64,000 nt of DNA from Chrysomallon squamiferum (taxonomy: Eukaryota > Animalia > Mollusca), in the NCBI GenBank assembly GCA_012295275.1, contig CM022665.1, positions 6,262,001 through 6,326,000 of the forward strand. Reading direction: 5' to 3'. The first letter of the stretch is position 1; every line of letters begins with the position of its first letter. The notes beneath the pieces are model-generated. The model was not told the origin of the DNA. It saw only the letters and a program-made list of their open reading frames with translations, and did no database searches. This document shows, piece by piece, positions 1 to 34,503 of this stretch. A program made the translations under genes and the position numbers.

Positions 1-1630
1 GAATTCTAAGGAAGCCTACACTTGCATTTTTCTGCCTTTTGTAATTTGGTTTTGTATAAAAATACATGATGTTATTTTGGGCTTTTATCTATTTTCACAG
101 ATAAAGACTGATTTCTTTAAAGACTTTCTGATTATTTATTATTAATTTTATTTTTAAATACATACACTGTTAAAAGACATCGTTCCAGAGTCTAGACTAT
201 TAGATGCTGGCGTTTGCGAACTTCTAATATTGCTGTGGTTTTTTTCCTCCATTCTAGACAAGATAGCATGCTTTAACAATGATTATTCACTAACCTACGT
301 GAAATTTAGTATCTTTTTAATTATCTTTTTAAATGAAGAAAACTATTACTGTGTATCTGCAATATCAGTATTCTGTAAAAAAAAAAAAAATTATTCTCAG
401 TTTTAGGCAAGCCTGGAGATTACCTTTGTTTTTACTATGAACACTATTACAAACTGAATGAGGAGTGGGTAGCGGTTGACCACTGCAATACGTGTACATG
501 TACGTCACGTGGCATGCGATGTACAGTCAAACCATGTAAAAACACAGGATTTGGTACGTGAATGTTCCAATGCGTAATACACATAGTACTATGTATATAG
601 AAACACACACATATACACACATACATACATATGTACATACATAAACATAGATACATACCTTTTTTAGTTGTTTTCTTCTTCTTCTGTATTTTTTTATTTT
701 TTGTTTGTTTGTTTGTTTTTTTCACTATTTTTGCTCTTGTTGTTTGTTGGTTTTTTTTGGGGGGGAGTGTTTTTTTACATAAAAATGATTATTATTGCTT
801 TGGTTGTGTTTAAAACCATATTAATGCTGTAAGAATTGTCAAAATTTAAGTCACATAAACATTGCTACGGTTTCTGTGCAGAGAGCTTTAATTATTACAA
901 GTTTAAAATTTATTTTCAGTCAGGTACCTAAAAAAACTAAAACAAAAACTATAAAGATATACGTGTAATTAACCGAAATTAACACAACGTTGTACCAGAT
1001 TCCTAACATGTCGCCTATAGATAACAACAACACTAAAATTATGAGAGTAATCGCGAGTAGACTATATATAGTTCACAAAACAGACAGTCGTTGTTTCAGC
1101 AAAGCCTCAGACAGGAAGACTGGGAGACTGCAATTACCACGGCTCGTGGTATCTTCATCTGGATCAGTGGCTGGCACAAGATGGCTGCAACACGTGTGTT
1201 TGTGTCGAGCCTGGAAACTATCGAGGACTTCAGATATGTACTGAAAATAAGTGTGTGCCAATCAGCATTGGAAAATAAAAGACTGGAAAGATTTATTTTA
1301 TTTTTATTTTATTTTATTTTATTTTATTTTTTTATATATATATGTGTGGTATAATATAATATGATATGATATGATATGATATAACATAATATAATATATA
1401 TATATATATATACATTTGTGCTTGTATGTGTGTGTGTGTTCTGGTGTCTGTGTGTGTGTGTAGTTATTTAGTTGTTTGAATCCTTAAAGATGAGTATAAT
1501 TTTTTTTTATTGTAACAATTATGTTTCAAAACCGCACCATTAAAAACATCCATACGAACGAATGAGTGAATGAAAGAAATTTTAGATCATTTTTAAGTTC
1601 ACTGTTCTCAAGTGTCAGACATATTTTTCA

Positions 1631-1811
1631 GGAAGGGAATGTTTTATTTAACCACGCTCTCGGTACATTATATTTGGCTTACAACCACTCAGATGAGGAG
1701 AGGCGAAACCCGAAGCCGCTGCTTCTTCGTATGGTACTTTTTACTGATCAGCAGCAAGTAATCTATTATCTGCACCACTCTACCGACATAACGGCATCTT
1801 CTAAGCCTTTG
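1631..1811 (-). mobile_element. Degenerate SINE-like repeat, 3' part
   Basis: Reverse complement (caaaggc...gtgcagataatagattacttgctgctgatc...gggtttc...gttaaataaaacattcccttcc) is similar to copies at 22525 and 41391. Confidence 0.6.
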
Positions 1812-1849
1812 TGTCAATGTTACAGACCAATTTGGTTATTTGTATCGCG

Positions 1850-2065
1850 ATAGTTATGAGATAGAAAGACGGCTTCCCCAATTCCTTCGATCAGCGGAAA
1901 GGGATATTTTATTTACAGTTTCTCGTAGGTGCAAAAGAGAAACCTCTGGCTTTAGAGAAACCAGTCGCTAAACCGTGACTGGAACAGACGCACGCTCCCG
2001 AAGGGGATCGATCCTACAAACAGTCGCTCTCGAGACCACTATGTAATCACAGAGTTACAGCCTGC
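1850..2065 (-). mobile_element. Degenerate SINE-like repeat including tRNA-like head
   Basis: Reverse complement begins gtaactctgtg...aggatcgatcccc (A/B-box-like), followed by the shared aaag...taaaatatccct core. Confidence 0.45.
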
Positions 2066-2098
2066 TTCAGTATCAGCAAACGTAACTCGATACTAGCA

Positions 2099-2138
<40 letters not shown>

Positions 2139-4421
2139 CAAAACGGAAAGAACACAACTTTTTACATGAATAGATTTTTTTTTTATTCCATCACAGATAT
2201 ATATGTACAATATTGATAGATATCATACTTTCTGTATGTTTTGTTTGTCAGATAAAATCGACATTACACGTTGTGACAACACTTAGTCGAATGACAAAAA
2301 ATATTACAACAAATTTAATAGACAATACACCGAGTACATGTATTTGTTTGTTATTGCAAACAATAAATATATATATATATATATATATCAACTTTTCTTT
2401 TCGAATAATATAGCTAGAAAATTATAAATCGACAAACAAAATCAAACATCGGATCTGTTAGTGATGATGAAATAGGAGGCGGACAAAAAGCAGCCAGTTT
2501 TTTAATTAAAGATAAAAGATAAAATATTTACACTATTTATTTCGGATAATAAAAAATCTCTTAAAACTTCGAACGGAAATTGAAAAAAAAATTGTGTTTT
2601 TAAAACACATTGTTTACTGTTGAAACGCATGAAAAAAAAAAATTCAAAAATAAAAAATAATAATAAAACTAAATTATATATATATATATATATATAAAAA
2701 AAAAAATCTTTATGAGTTCGAAGAAACAAATAAAAAAAAAAAAGAAAACTCTATAATATTTTCTCAGGTACTGTTACTATACTGTTCACTGTTATAAACA
2801 ATAACATATATTGTTAATTTAATTTTACACGAACGTTAATTAACAAAACACGTATGTTACACCACAATATAGTATTACTCTTAGACAAATATGATATGTA
2901 TAGAGAGCATCACTTACAGAGATAAATAAATATGTACATAATTATGGATTTCAGAAATGTGACACGCGAACATTACAATAGTCATATATACATCTTAGCA
3001 TCACATGAATACGAGAAAAGGTGTGGATTCAAAATTACCATTAAATGTCATCTATACTTTAACAATTTCACAAAAATGAAAACAAAATTGTTCTCGATAA
3101 AGTATAATAACACTGTACGTATTTTTATCAATATGATATGTCTTTTCACAGTTTATGTGACGTTATAGTATTAATAACGTTTTCTAATAAACTGAGCACA
3201 GTTTATTTTTAACGTAGATGTACTAAAACGAATCAAATGCCTTTCATTCCCTTTTCTTTCAAAAAAAATATAATCTTGAATTATATATCAACACATTGAT
3301 GGTGTTCCCCTTTCCAAACATCCAGTATCTGTTCTCCTTTTCTCTTGACAAGAACCGACCTCTGTCCTCATTCATTTCCTTTTTCTAATTTTTTTTTTGT
3401 TTCCTTTTACCTTCGTCTAGCAACTTACCTGCAGTTTCTTTGTGAAACATCGCGTGTTATGAAGGTAGTAGATTTGTGAACTACGACATTTCTTTAGAAT
3501 ATTATTCACAAAACTCCAAGTTAAATTCAGCAGACGTGACTTATTACGACATGGCTCGTAATAAGCCCTAGTTTTAATTAAACAACCGAGTCATAAAAAG
3601 TCAAGTGAGGTAATCGCCAAACTTGAAAATTAACATACTGGCATAATCAGTATTATTTCAGTAACATCCTGTAATTCTGTACACCGAGCCAGACAAAGGC
3701 TTTAACCGCTGAAGATATTATGAGAATAAATAATTATGATTTGCCAGAAGTAACAAGACATCATGAAACAAATTATTCGATGGCCGGTTTTTAAATTACT
3801 GAAACAAGTTCTGTTTAAATGCCGATAAACTGAATTATGTGAAGAACTGGACAGACAATACTCTGAAGTAATTTTTTTTTAATCACAAGTATATTTACAA
3901 CATACCACCATGCGTGGAATAAAAATATTATTTCAACATTGGCAACGTTTTTAAAACAAAATACAAAAATATAATTATATGTATTCAAACAAGTTATCAA
4001 ATGAGATAGACTAGTATGGAAGTTTACACATAAAGGACACGTACGTAAACAACACGTCAACAGACATTCACAACACCGTGATGTTGTTTCAGAATAATGT
4101 ATGACATTTCAGAAAATAGTCATGTTACAATAATACGGGTCTGTGAGACAGACGCTTTCTCGTGTCGATGTAATTAGCAATAGTAACGTATCTTTTTTTC
4201 TTCACACATTTCAGTATATTCACACTCAAACAACTGTTTACAATAACAAAAACATTACGAGTTGATATAAACATGCATTAATTATTTATTATTTTTGTTA
4301 TTGCGCAGTGTCTTTCCTGCCACTGTAAAAGAAAAAAAAAAAAGGTCAAAATTTACGATATAGAAAAAGTAAAACAGGTATTTTGATTATGTTTTTGTAG
4401 TTTACAATGACAAGATAATAA

Positions 4422-4452
<31 letters not shown>

Positions 4453-4730
4453 AAGAAGAAAAATTGAAATTTTTTAAAAAAATTAAAAAAAAACGAAGAA
4501 GAAGATTATGAAAGAGGGTGGAAGTTACCAGCTTTTTTCACAAATAATTTCTTTTTCACATATTCTAAAGCTACTTTTCCCATATTTTAAGACAGTGATA
4601 AAGTCATTAACTTTTGTTATTGGGTCTGTCGATAAAAGCTATTAATAAAAATGTATATATATTTATCTTTACAACAAACACATTGTAATAAAGTTCTGAT
4701 AATTGACTTTATATATTAAGCGATTTAATA

Positions 4731-4761
<31 letters not shown>

Positions 4762-5195
4762 TATAGTTCAATATATATTCATAATATAAGAATAAATTTC
4801 TAATATAACAAAAAATACAAATACCATTTGTCAGCAGCTTTGTATATGTTAGAATATATAAATGAAGATATGAAAAAAAAAAAAATAAAAAAAAATGACC
4901 ACATATTGCAGCTAAAGATTAAATTTTATTTCTTCTGTTCTTTTTAAGCCATTTTTGGTTTCTAATTAATGGATTAGGCAGACAGTCGTTCAGCCTGGAT
5001 AACGTGTCTTGTACAGAATTCTGTGTTGAATGCAAATCTATCGACTAAGATAGACATGGCAGCAAAGTTCTGTTACCAAAGCGCGCTGACATTACTCACA
5101 GACCAAATTAACACTGAATAATCATATCTAATGTTTTCAACAGCTAGTAAGTGTTTCATCTTATTGGTATTTATAATTATTTCCATATACATATA

Positions 5196-5236
<41 letters not shown>

Positions 5237-5624
5237 AAATTGCTGTAAAATTAAATGCTTATTAATTTTGAGTTTGATTTGAATCTGTGAGACGGCTTAA
5301 TTTGAATCGGTTTTCAAAGTCAAATATCGTTCCTTTATACAATAAAATCCATCAAAGACATTCTCTACGACATGGTTTCATTTGAAGACAACACAGCGAT
5401 TTATAGCAGTTTCCTACTCATTAAAGTACAGACTTTATATTACCAATAAGAAACAAAATAAACACTGATCAAATTGCCATCACAAGACCAAAGGATTTCA
5501 TATACAGGTAGGGAAAAAAAATGTCAACATGTTTTTATTAATGGTTTTGATAGGAGAATATAACAGGGTTTTTTCACAGCTGGAAACAAAGAAATGTCAG
5601 AAAACATCGAATGTTTGACAGCAT

Positions 5625-6078
5625 TTTGTTATTACTGTTTACTCTGTACTGTATGTAACAGAATCCACTTTTATAATTTTCTTCAAAATTATGTTCACTG
5701 GTTTTCAATATATATGTATTAATGGTAACAGTCAACTTTGATAAAAAAAATAATAAAAAAAAAAAAAAAAAAAAAAGTACCTTTGACATAAGTGTAAATT
5801 TAAAATATTCGTTTAACAATTATTTGCGATTCTGACATTACTGTTTGTTCTGTAGTCTCTATTGCAGAATCTTTTTTGAAAATGTGATTTAAGAATTATG
5901 TTGACTGGTTTTTTAGTAAATACTTACTGATCAATCAGTTCTCAGTCAACTTTGATAAAATCTTTGACGCGTACGTTAATTTAAAAGCCTTGTTTGGGCA
6001 ATTCTGTTATTACTGTTTGCTCTGCACTCGTTTTAATAGAAACCTTTTTCAAAATTTTCTTTCAGAACAGTGTACACA
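5625..6078. repeat. Degenerate ~170-205-bp tandem triplication
   Basis: Recurrent blocks ttactgttt..ctg (three times), aattatgtt.actggtttt (twice) and cagtcaactttgataaaa..ctttgac (twice). Confidence 0.75.
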
Positions 6079-7308
6079 AAAATGTAACGATTTTAAAAAA
6101 TAAATACCAGCTACCGAATGAGTCGATAAAATATGAGGAGTATTAAGTTAAATTAACAATTGTTTAGTGTTTTTTTTTTTTTTTTTTTTTTTTCAATATA
6201 AAATTATAAAATAAATGAATAATAACATAGTAAAAATCAAGTTACAAATGACACTAACTTAGGCACCAACAAATAATTGCCTGCCCTGTAAAAGTATACT
6301 CATCAAAAAAGTTAACGTCACAGGAAATGAGTTTAATATATGTTTTAACGGGTACAATTTGCATTCACTATCTGACATAATGATTGGCAATAAATTTTGG
6401 CCTATGAAATAGGAAAGCTTTTCGAGTTAATCATTAATATTTGTTAGATGCTTTATTGATTTTTCTTTTAATAATAATAATAATATTGTTATTATTATTG
6501 TGTGATAATAATCCATGACCTTAACTTTTTTATTCAGTATATTTTAGAATTGAAACGTTTCTCAAATATAAATAGCCTGTTTAATACTGACAAATTTAAA
6601 AAATGACACTCTAATCAAAGCAAGCTATTATTATGCCTAATCTAGGCACAGTTTCTATACTAGTCAGTATAATCTCTAAGTATTGGCATCTCTCAGGTTT
6701 GGTTGATTTACACCAGATAATCACAACAGCACTAATAGATCCCAAAACTAGGAACTAATAATAAACTGCATTGCTTTCACAAGCAATAACGATAGAAATA
6801 ATGTGTAAACATAAATTAATTAATGGTAACATAGACACAAAACATTCTCATATAAATTTCATTATAAACTAAATTTACAAATAGTTTCTCCAATATGAAT
6901 GAATATATTATATATTCGTTATTTAAATCTATTTCCACCCATCGAGCTTTATTAAAATAAAATAAAATAAAATAAATATATTGTATTAAGACAGTCGTTA
7001 AACTGAATATATATTAATATTTTAGGCATTCATTATAAAAGTATTTCTTCCTTATAAGCAATTTTTTCTTCTTATTTATTTTCTTTTTTTTCTTTTTCCC
7101 TAATTTATTTGTTTAATCAAGTATTAATATATTTAAAAATAATATGCTGACTGGAAAATAGTTTTTCATCTTCAGTCACGTGACTCGCAGCCATCTATTT
7201 AAAAACCATTCTTTGATGCTGGAACCTTCGTCAAATGGGACATGTTGGTCTTTAAGAAACATCGAGTTCGGTAATATCATAATAATCCAGAAATGAAACG
7301 AAGATCAA

Positions 7309-27080
<19,772 letters not shown>

Positions 27081-27263
27081 CTGAAACATATCAATAACTT
27101 TCAGTATAAAATTCTATAACTGTCAACACAATGAAAATCAATACGAAATACGGTATTATCAAAACAGAATACAATATTATCAACAAAATGTAATATTATC
27201 AACACAAAATTAATATATTATCAGTACAGAATATAATGTCAATACAGAATATAATTATGAAAA

Positions 27264-27296
<33 letters not shown>

Positions 27297-27952
27297 CGAT
27301 ACACAGTCAATACACAACAATACAATAATGCTCCATTCACGATGAAATATTTGTCATACATGACATAACAATAATCAAAATTTTAAATAAAAAAAAAAAA
27401 AAAATCAATACACAGAGCAATATATTTTAATACCTCTGCGAAACTTTCTGTTAACCATAAAACAGAAAAAAAAGAAAAGAAAAAAAAAAAAAAATATGTA
27501 GTAAAAATAATGAGATACAAAATAATGACCTAGTCATTAAAATCTCATAAAGAACGAACAATATTTATAAAAAAAAAAAAAAAAATAATGAAAAATAATG
27601 AAAAAAAAAATAAAAAGCTGAGTTAGCTAAAACAGACGAAGTGAATTTAAATAGTATAAAATAGAAGAAAAAAAAAAGTATTAAAAAAAAAAAAAGAAAA
27701 AAAAGAAAATGTATGAAAACGGTATCATTATTTTTTAATAACAAAGTAAATCAAAACGTAAAGGTTAAGAGACAGTTTAATGACAGAATTTTAAATTATG
27801 CACCATAAAACTGTCATCTACCTTTTTACAAAGGTCATAGTAAATAATGTACTTTTTGTAATAATGTATATCTTATCGAGCAACTTTGTGTTATTTAAAT
27901 ATATCTATATATATCTATCTATCTGTCTGTCTTTCTGTCTATCTGTGTATCT

Positions 27953-28002
<50 letters not shown>

Positions 28003-28101
28003 ACTTTTTAGGGTAAAATGTATATGATGTATATGCGCTACAGGAAATATGTATTATCATGAAATATGTATAAATCCTGAAACTTTCAGAAAATATGTGC
28101 A

Positions 28102-28427
28102 ATCACTGAACTGAAGGTAATGTAACCAGAGATGGTGATGGTCCAGGTAAAAACCAGACATCCACAGAGCCAAGAGTCCATAGAAAGAGCAAACTGTGAC
28201 ATCAAGGACAGGTTTGTTTGTTTGTTTGGAGATAGCAATGTAACTGAATGGACTTCTGGACTAACATTTGTTCAGTTACAGAACTTCAGTTTTCACAGTA
28301 AAACTAATTGCTCTCCATTTGCAGTCTGTTGGGTTCTGATGCTTGCTCTGGACTGATCTCACCTGGCCTTCCTTGTGAAATTCTTCATCATTTGCAGTTT
28401 GAGGATGATTTACTTGCAGCCTTTGCT
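28102..28427 (+). mobile_element. Decayed DDE integrase fragment, Ginger2/KRBA2(SCAND3)-like transposon remnant, intronic and antisense to the host gene
   Basis: Translates as ITELKVM*PEMVMVQVKTRHPQSQESIERANCDIKD...EWTSGLTFVQLQN..H....SPFAV(fs)GSDACSGLISPGLPCEILHHLQFEDDL. This matches the family pattern HGKPRHPQSQGSVERAN...WSxGLxFVQ...SPY..LFG...LPxE...EEDL. Contains a stop and frameshifts. Confidence 0.8.
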
Positions 28428-28583
28428 ATGCAGAATCAGAATTTATGAATATTTTCTGAAATTTTCAGGAATTATACACATTTCCTGTAACATATATATT
28501 TACGTAGGTATGTATGTATGTATGTATGTATGTATTTGCTGTTGAATTTTTTTTTCTTTTCTTTTCTTATTTTTCTCTCTTCC

Positions 28584-28615
<32 letters not shown>

Positions 28616-28621
28616 CTTCTT

Positions 28622-28652
<31 letters not shown>

Positions 28653-31399
28653 TTATTATTATTATTATTATTATTAATTCATTTACTATATTTATTTATT
28701 TATTTACCTATATAATTTAAACAGGACAAATGTTAAAACATTAAGGACAGGTTATAGATTTGGTTTAATATCTGCCTGTTTTTGTTATTACCATTTTAGT
28801 AAATAAATTACAGTGTAATTCAATATAACAAAAAAAAAAAAAAAAAAAATTAAAAAATAAAATTGCTGTAAAAGTGAACATTCCTGAGCCTTTTTTTTTT
28901 TAATTACAGCAGTTCTCAAAACTCGTGTTTGCTTGAGGACACTCGCTAATCCCTCTGCTTTTTTTTTTTTTTTTTTTTTTTTTAAGATCCAAAATGTCCA
29001 CCAGTGTTGAGTGGTTTTGCTGGCCTTAGTGCTAACTCGTCTAGACGGAGTGAATGTAATTTGTCCATTTTTAGATGTCCTGTAGCCGGAATAATACATC
29101 ACTGTTTTATTAGACGTCACTTACGTTCTGCTAACTGTGTTTATTACCTGCTTTTATACGTAATAATATCGAGTTATGAACGAATGGGCAGCAAAAACAG
29201 TCAGGTGATAGTAAATTGTTGTCTCTGTGCTGAGTAAAGAACTGAAATCAGCAGCTGAGTTAAGCTGGAAATGTCATTTTAGCACGCACGGTATTAATGT
29301 GCGTGTGCGTGTTCGTGTCCGAATGAGTCAGTGTATGTGTGTGTGTGTGGTATATCGTGTGTGTATGTGATGTTTATTATATTTATCATTTAATCTATTT
29401 TCTGAAATGAAAATCTGAAACATTTATTTATTTATTTATTTATTTATTTTATAACAAAAGGCCCGATGTATAAAGCATCTGGCATCCAAAATGTCCAGTC
29501 CTCGTTATCACTCTATTAATTTTATTTTCGTTCTAAATTATCTGTCGTTATTTTATTTTTGGAGTAAAAAAAAAAAAAAAAAAAATTCCATTACGTCTCA
29601 GTTCAGAGAGCGATTAATTTCATTTTTCTGGCGATACATCGTGATTTTGCACGTAATACGTGGACCCCATTGTTGCGCGATACGAGTGGGCCACCTAAAT
29701 GTGTTTCGTTATAAATAAACACACACAGCCTCAATGAAGTGGCTGATAAGAACTTAACACATGATGGGTTGCTTGTGTTATATTAGCAGCAGAAAATTAG
29801 ACATCGATCTCACAGTCTTCCGAGTATCTGCTTGTAACAGACGTCGTCAGTATTGTCTGATACTTTTACTTATTTGCAGTTCTGTGTCGGTACTGTTTTG
29901 TTATACTACGAAAACGGAAGACTGTTTTCAAAGTATACTTGAAGTACTGTGTATATATTTCAGTACTCACTGTTGTAGTAAATAGCACATCTACAAAATG
30001 TATACTGTTACTACTGCTGCTATTACTCTTACTATTACTACTACTACTTCTACTATTACTACTACTACTATAATAATAATAACAACAACAACAACAATAA
30101 AAGGTTATTTAAACTATAAATATTCAATCTTATAATCTCTACTTAGTTAACAACTTTGTCCATCTAACATTTTTTTTATCAAAATCCTTTCCGTCTTTGA
30201 AAAATTCAAAACAATATATATTAGTAAAAGTGTTCAAATCTGATTATCTATATAACATATTTACATCTGAATTATAAACGAAACCAAAATCACTTAATAA
30301 ATATGAAAACACACCAGGGAAAGTAACGACGAAAACAAAGTCATACACGACAGAAGAACAGTTTCAAGGAATTAGACACTTGTGTTTAGGAAGATGTTAT
30401 CTTATGAATAATTAATAAGTTATCTGGGACATATTGTTAGTTTACGGTATTACAGCATATATCCTGAAAAACAACAACAACAACAACAACAAAAAAAAAG
30501 TATGATAGTGGAACATTTGATTACAATGTTTTGATGGGTTCTGCGTTTAGCCGTCATTTTGGGACGCATTAAAGAGATGAAATTAACGACTAGCAACACA
30601 TTTTGGTCTAAAAATAATACACAAAACGCGCGCGAACACATATAAACACTTATTTTTTAAAATGGAATTTAATTTTTAATTAGTTTATTTTTATTTTTTT
30701 CGTTTTTTTATTATTTTTTTTTTTATTTTTTGATTATATCCTATGACGTTTTTTAAATGAAAGTATTTCAACATCCATAACATTTGTTGTTCAGTATACG
30801 TACATTTTGAATCTGAACGTTTTCAAGCCTAGCGCTGTAAGGTTCGGTAAAAAAAAAACAAAAAAAACCCCCCAGCTACTCTCATGTTCCGTTATTTTAT
30901 TTTCCCTGCTTTCTTTACATAATACGTTCGTTTTCATTACACTGCTTGTTGAGAAATGATCACGTCATTCAGTGTACTGTTGCTTCATCTTGTCGTCACC
31001 GTACATGACGACATAAGACGAATACACGGAAAGATGCAAAAACTATTTTCCGTGCAGTGTGTTCATTAAAGTGAGAGAAACGTTCAAGCTTGTTAAATAG
31101 TCTCGCTGTCGACATAATTAAGTTCTAAAATAGAAACATTTTACCAAAACTGCCTTAACGAATCAAGATGTCTGTCAGCAAATACATGATTGTAAGTTGT
31201 TAACAGATAATCAAAAAAATATTAAAACGAAATGATTATATCTGCAAGACTAACTCTTTATTGTACGTAATGATCACTTAAATATTTCTGAGCAGCTTAT
31301 GGTTAATACGCAATTCATAGTTAATATTTTTCTGAAAATATTAAGTATTGGAAATAATTTTGATGAGTCTATTCATTGTTGTTCAAACAGTTAAGATTA

Positions 31400-31484
<85 letters not shown>

Positions 31485-31709
31485 ATCGTTCAAAAATACA
31501 TTATCCAAAGACATTTGATGGAGATAACCGATTTTACTTTCACTATAAATAATCTCATAACAATTGATTTTTGAAAGAAAAAAAAAAAAGAAGAACGAAT
31601 ATCCTGCTTGTCTTTTCTTTTTTTACCTTACAAGAAAAAATGAACTCAAGCACGAAATTCTAATATTCCTAGCTTTTAACAGAATCAGTAAATTAAGAAA
31701 TAACGAAGA

Positions 31710-31754
<45 letters not shown>

Positions 31755-33690
31755 TTCATCAAGAAATTATTGCGCATTACAAGATGGTGCCGACATGAAG
31801 ATATGTCGAATCTATAATTGCGTAATGAAAGAACGAGCACCGAGTGGTCAGGTAATAATAACGAGAGTTCATTCCGTGTTGAAGGCTGGCACAAAAACCA
31901 ATTCCTGTTTCAGCAGCTGAGTCGAGCTGCAAACGTCGTTTAGTATGCACGACATGTTGCATGTCAATATGACACGGCTAGTCAATTTAAGAGTCCGAAT
32001 TATCGTCGTGCCTTTAACAGCGAACGCGGAAACACGATTGTCTCGATCTTCTGGAAAGCGTTTCAGTTTTAAAAACGTCCACTAAATCTGTCTGCGGGGA
32101 GCGTTGAATGTTTTTGTAATAAAAAAATAAAAATAAAAAAAATATATAAAAAATCGTGTTTAGTCTGTTACACTGACAAGGCAGTCAGCCATTCGGAAAC
32201 TGCTTTTATTCACTGAAAATGTTATCCCAGCTTGAGAACGCCATCCAAATGTTCACGCTGTCTGTCTAATGTTAGACTTAATATGTTACCGGGTTAGTTG
32301 AAAAGATGACACTTTATTTTGCATCAGAGTTTTAGTTCTTGCTTGACCCCAGAACTTATAATCTATAATATTTTATTTAGTGATAAAAAAAAAGAAGAAG
32401 AAGAAGAAGAATGGAAACGTTTTCGCTATTTTATAATCAAATACAAAAAGCAGGATGACGACATTTAAGTATTTCCGTTTCTCTTTCTGATAATTGTAAT
32501 GTATAGAAATTTAATAACTTCTGTTGTGAAAAACATCTAGTACAAAATAAAGAAGCAGCAGAACAGATACGGTTATCAGCTAGAAATAGAAACGAAATTT
32601 TGCAGTAATTTCTAACAACAACAACAAAAAATCCTAAATGTCAAGCTAAATGTCATATACGTTAATTTAACTTCTTTATGTCTACAGAATTACCGTCACA
32701 ATACAAACAGTTGCCACTTATTATGAATGATTCTCTAAATAGAAATACGAATTGATAATTATGCTAAGAAGAAAATCCAAAATTCGGCCGTCTAGATTTC
32801 TATATCTTATAATTCAGACAGATACGTATCAGCAGACGTATGAACACGTGCACATTGTTAACGCAGACACATATATCTGTGTTTTCGTGTGACGATGTAT
32901 ATTCAGAAATCAGATAAATTTACACCTAAATAGACAGATGGGATGAGCGGCTGAAACGAATGAAAAAGAAAAATGACGAATTTCTTTTCCTTTATTTAAG
33001 ATTTTTCCTCTTTTGTTTTCGTTTTTTTTTTTTCTCCGAAATTGCAGAACTTACTATGTACGTTTAAAAACATATTTATTCTGATATTAATTATAGAATA
33101 AACTAAAAAAATCTCATCCTTAAATTTACATGACGTGTGTGTGTGTGTGTGTGTAATCTATCTTTCATGCGATTAAATTGTAAATACATTTTGTATGGTT
33201 CCAATTATGGAATTATAGCTGTCACTAATCTTTTACTAATAATAAAGAATGACTCAAAACTAAAAATCTTTCAGTGGTGACATTTCCCTGTTTTCTATGA
33301 AAGCACCAAGAAAATCCTTGAAAAACCGTCATAAACTTGCATTTCCTCAAATATAAATGAATTTATGAATCAAAGATTAATATCAGATCCCAGACATCCT
33401 TGCAAGATTGTAAATTACAGTAATACTCTATTATCGAAAGCCGATGTTTATACGATTTTGGGCTTATGTACCAGCAGGCGTACACTTATTCACACATTTA
33501 TACAAAAATACCTACACGTACAGACAGAGACACGCTAAAAAGGAAACAGTCTTATGAATTTAAAGGTCAAAGCTTTTTATTCATTTTCAATAATTTCTTT
33601 TAGAAACATCTTAAAACACTTTTCCTGTCAGGTATCAAAATTTATTGCACATTCATTCTGACAGGGTCTCTCTGTTGTCTATTAATACTA

Positions 33691-33736
33691 ATGTTCACAC
33701 TATATAGATATATATATATCTATATAGTGTGAACAT
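33691..33736. repeat. Perfect 46-bp palindrome
   Basis: atgttcacactatatagatatatatatatctatatagtgtgaacat equals its own reverse complement. Confidence 0.95.
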
Positions 33737-34403
33737 ATATATATGTTTATTTATGTGTGTATGTACATAAGTATATGTGGTATATGTGTGTATATGTGTG
33801 TGCATGTATCAGTATATGTATATATTTTGCATGTATTTCCTGTATATGTATACCATACAAATCTGAAACTCGGGATCGTACAAAGACATTATCCAGATAC
33901 TTACTAATACCGTCTGTCTTTTCTTCACTCATCCAAGCACATGCACACTGGTATCTTAAAATGTTAAACCAATTTTAGATCTGTGTAATATTTTATTTTG
34001 ACTTACTGCTGTTTCAAAATACATGTGTAATTCATTTTTATTTTGAGAAACAAAAAAACAAAAAAAAACGAAGATGTATCGGTTGTTTCGTAAATTATAC
34101 ACATTCACCGTATATATCCATATATCAAAACACGGGTACTATTGCATTGTTTGTACTGATACTGAACATCAAATAATACATATGTTAGTTTACAAACACT
34201 TGCTCTGTGGGAGAATTTTGATGCCTGACCACCGAATAGGTTCGTTCCAAAGCGGTTAAAAACAAGCAGTCGTTTAGATGACTTCCGACATGTCAGCAAT
34301 TTCAAAAATTTACAGATACAAAGAAATGGTATAAAAATAATTATTGTACCTATGACATTAATTTTCAAACTAATTATGTGCATTTCTTGTTGTGTTGTTG
34401 TTT

Positions 34404-34440
<37 letters not shown>

Positions 34441-34468
34441 GGGGGGGTATTTGTAGAATAACAATAGT

Positions 34469-34503
<35 letters not shown>

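Noticed and set aside
29125-29160. TATAAAAG plus strong donor C|gtaagt on the minus strand as a possible first exon
   Set aside because: It has no ATG and would leave the TM exon without a start codon; cannot be supported without transcript data.
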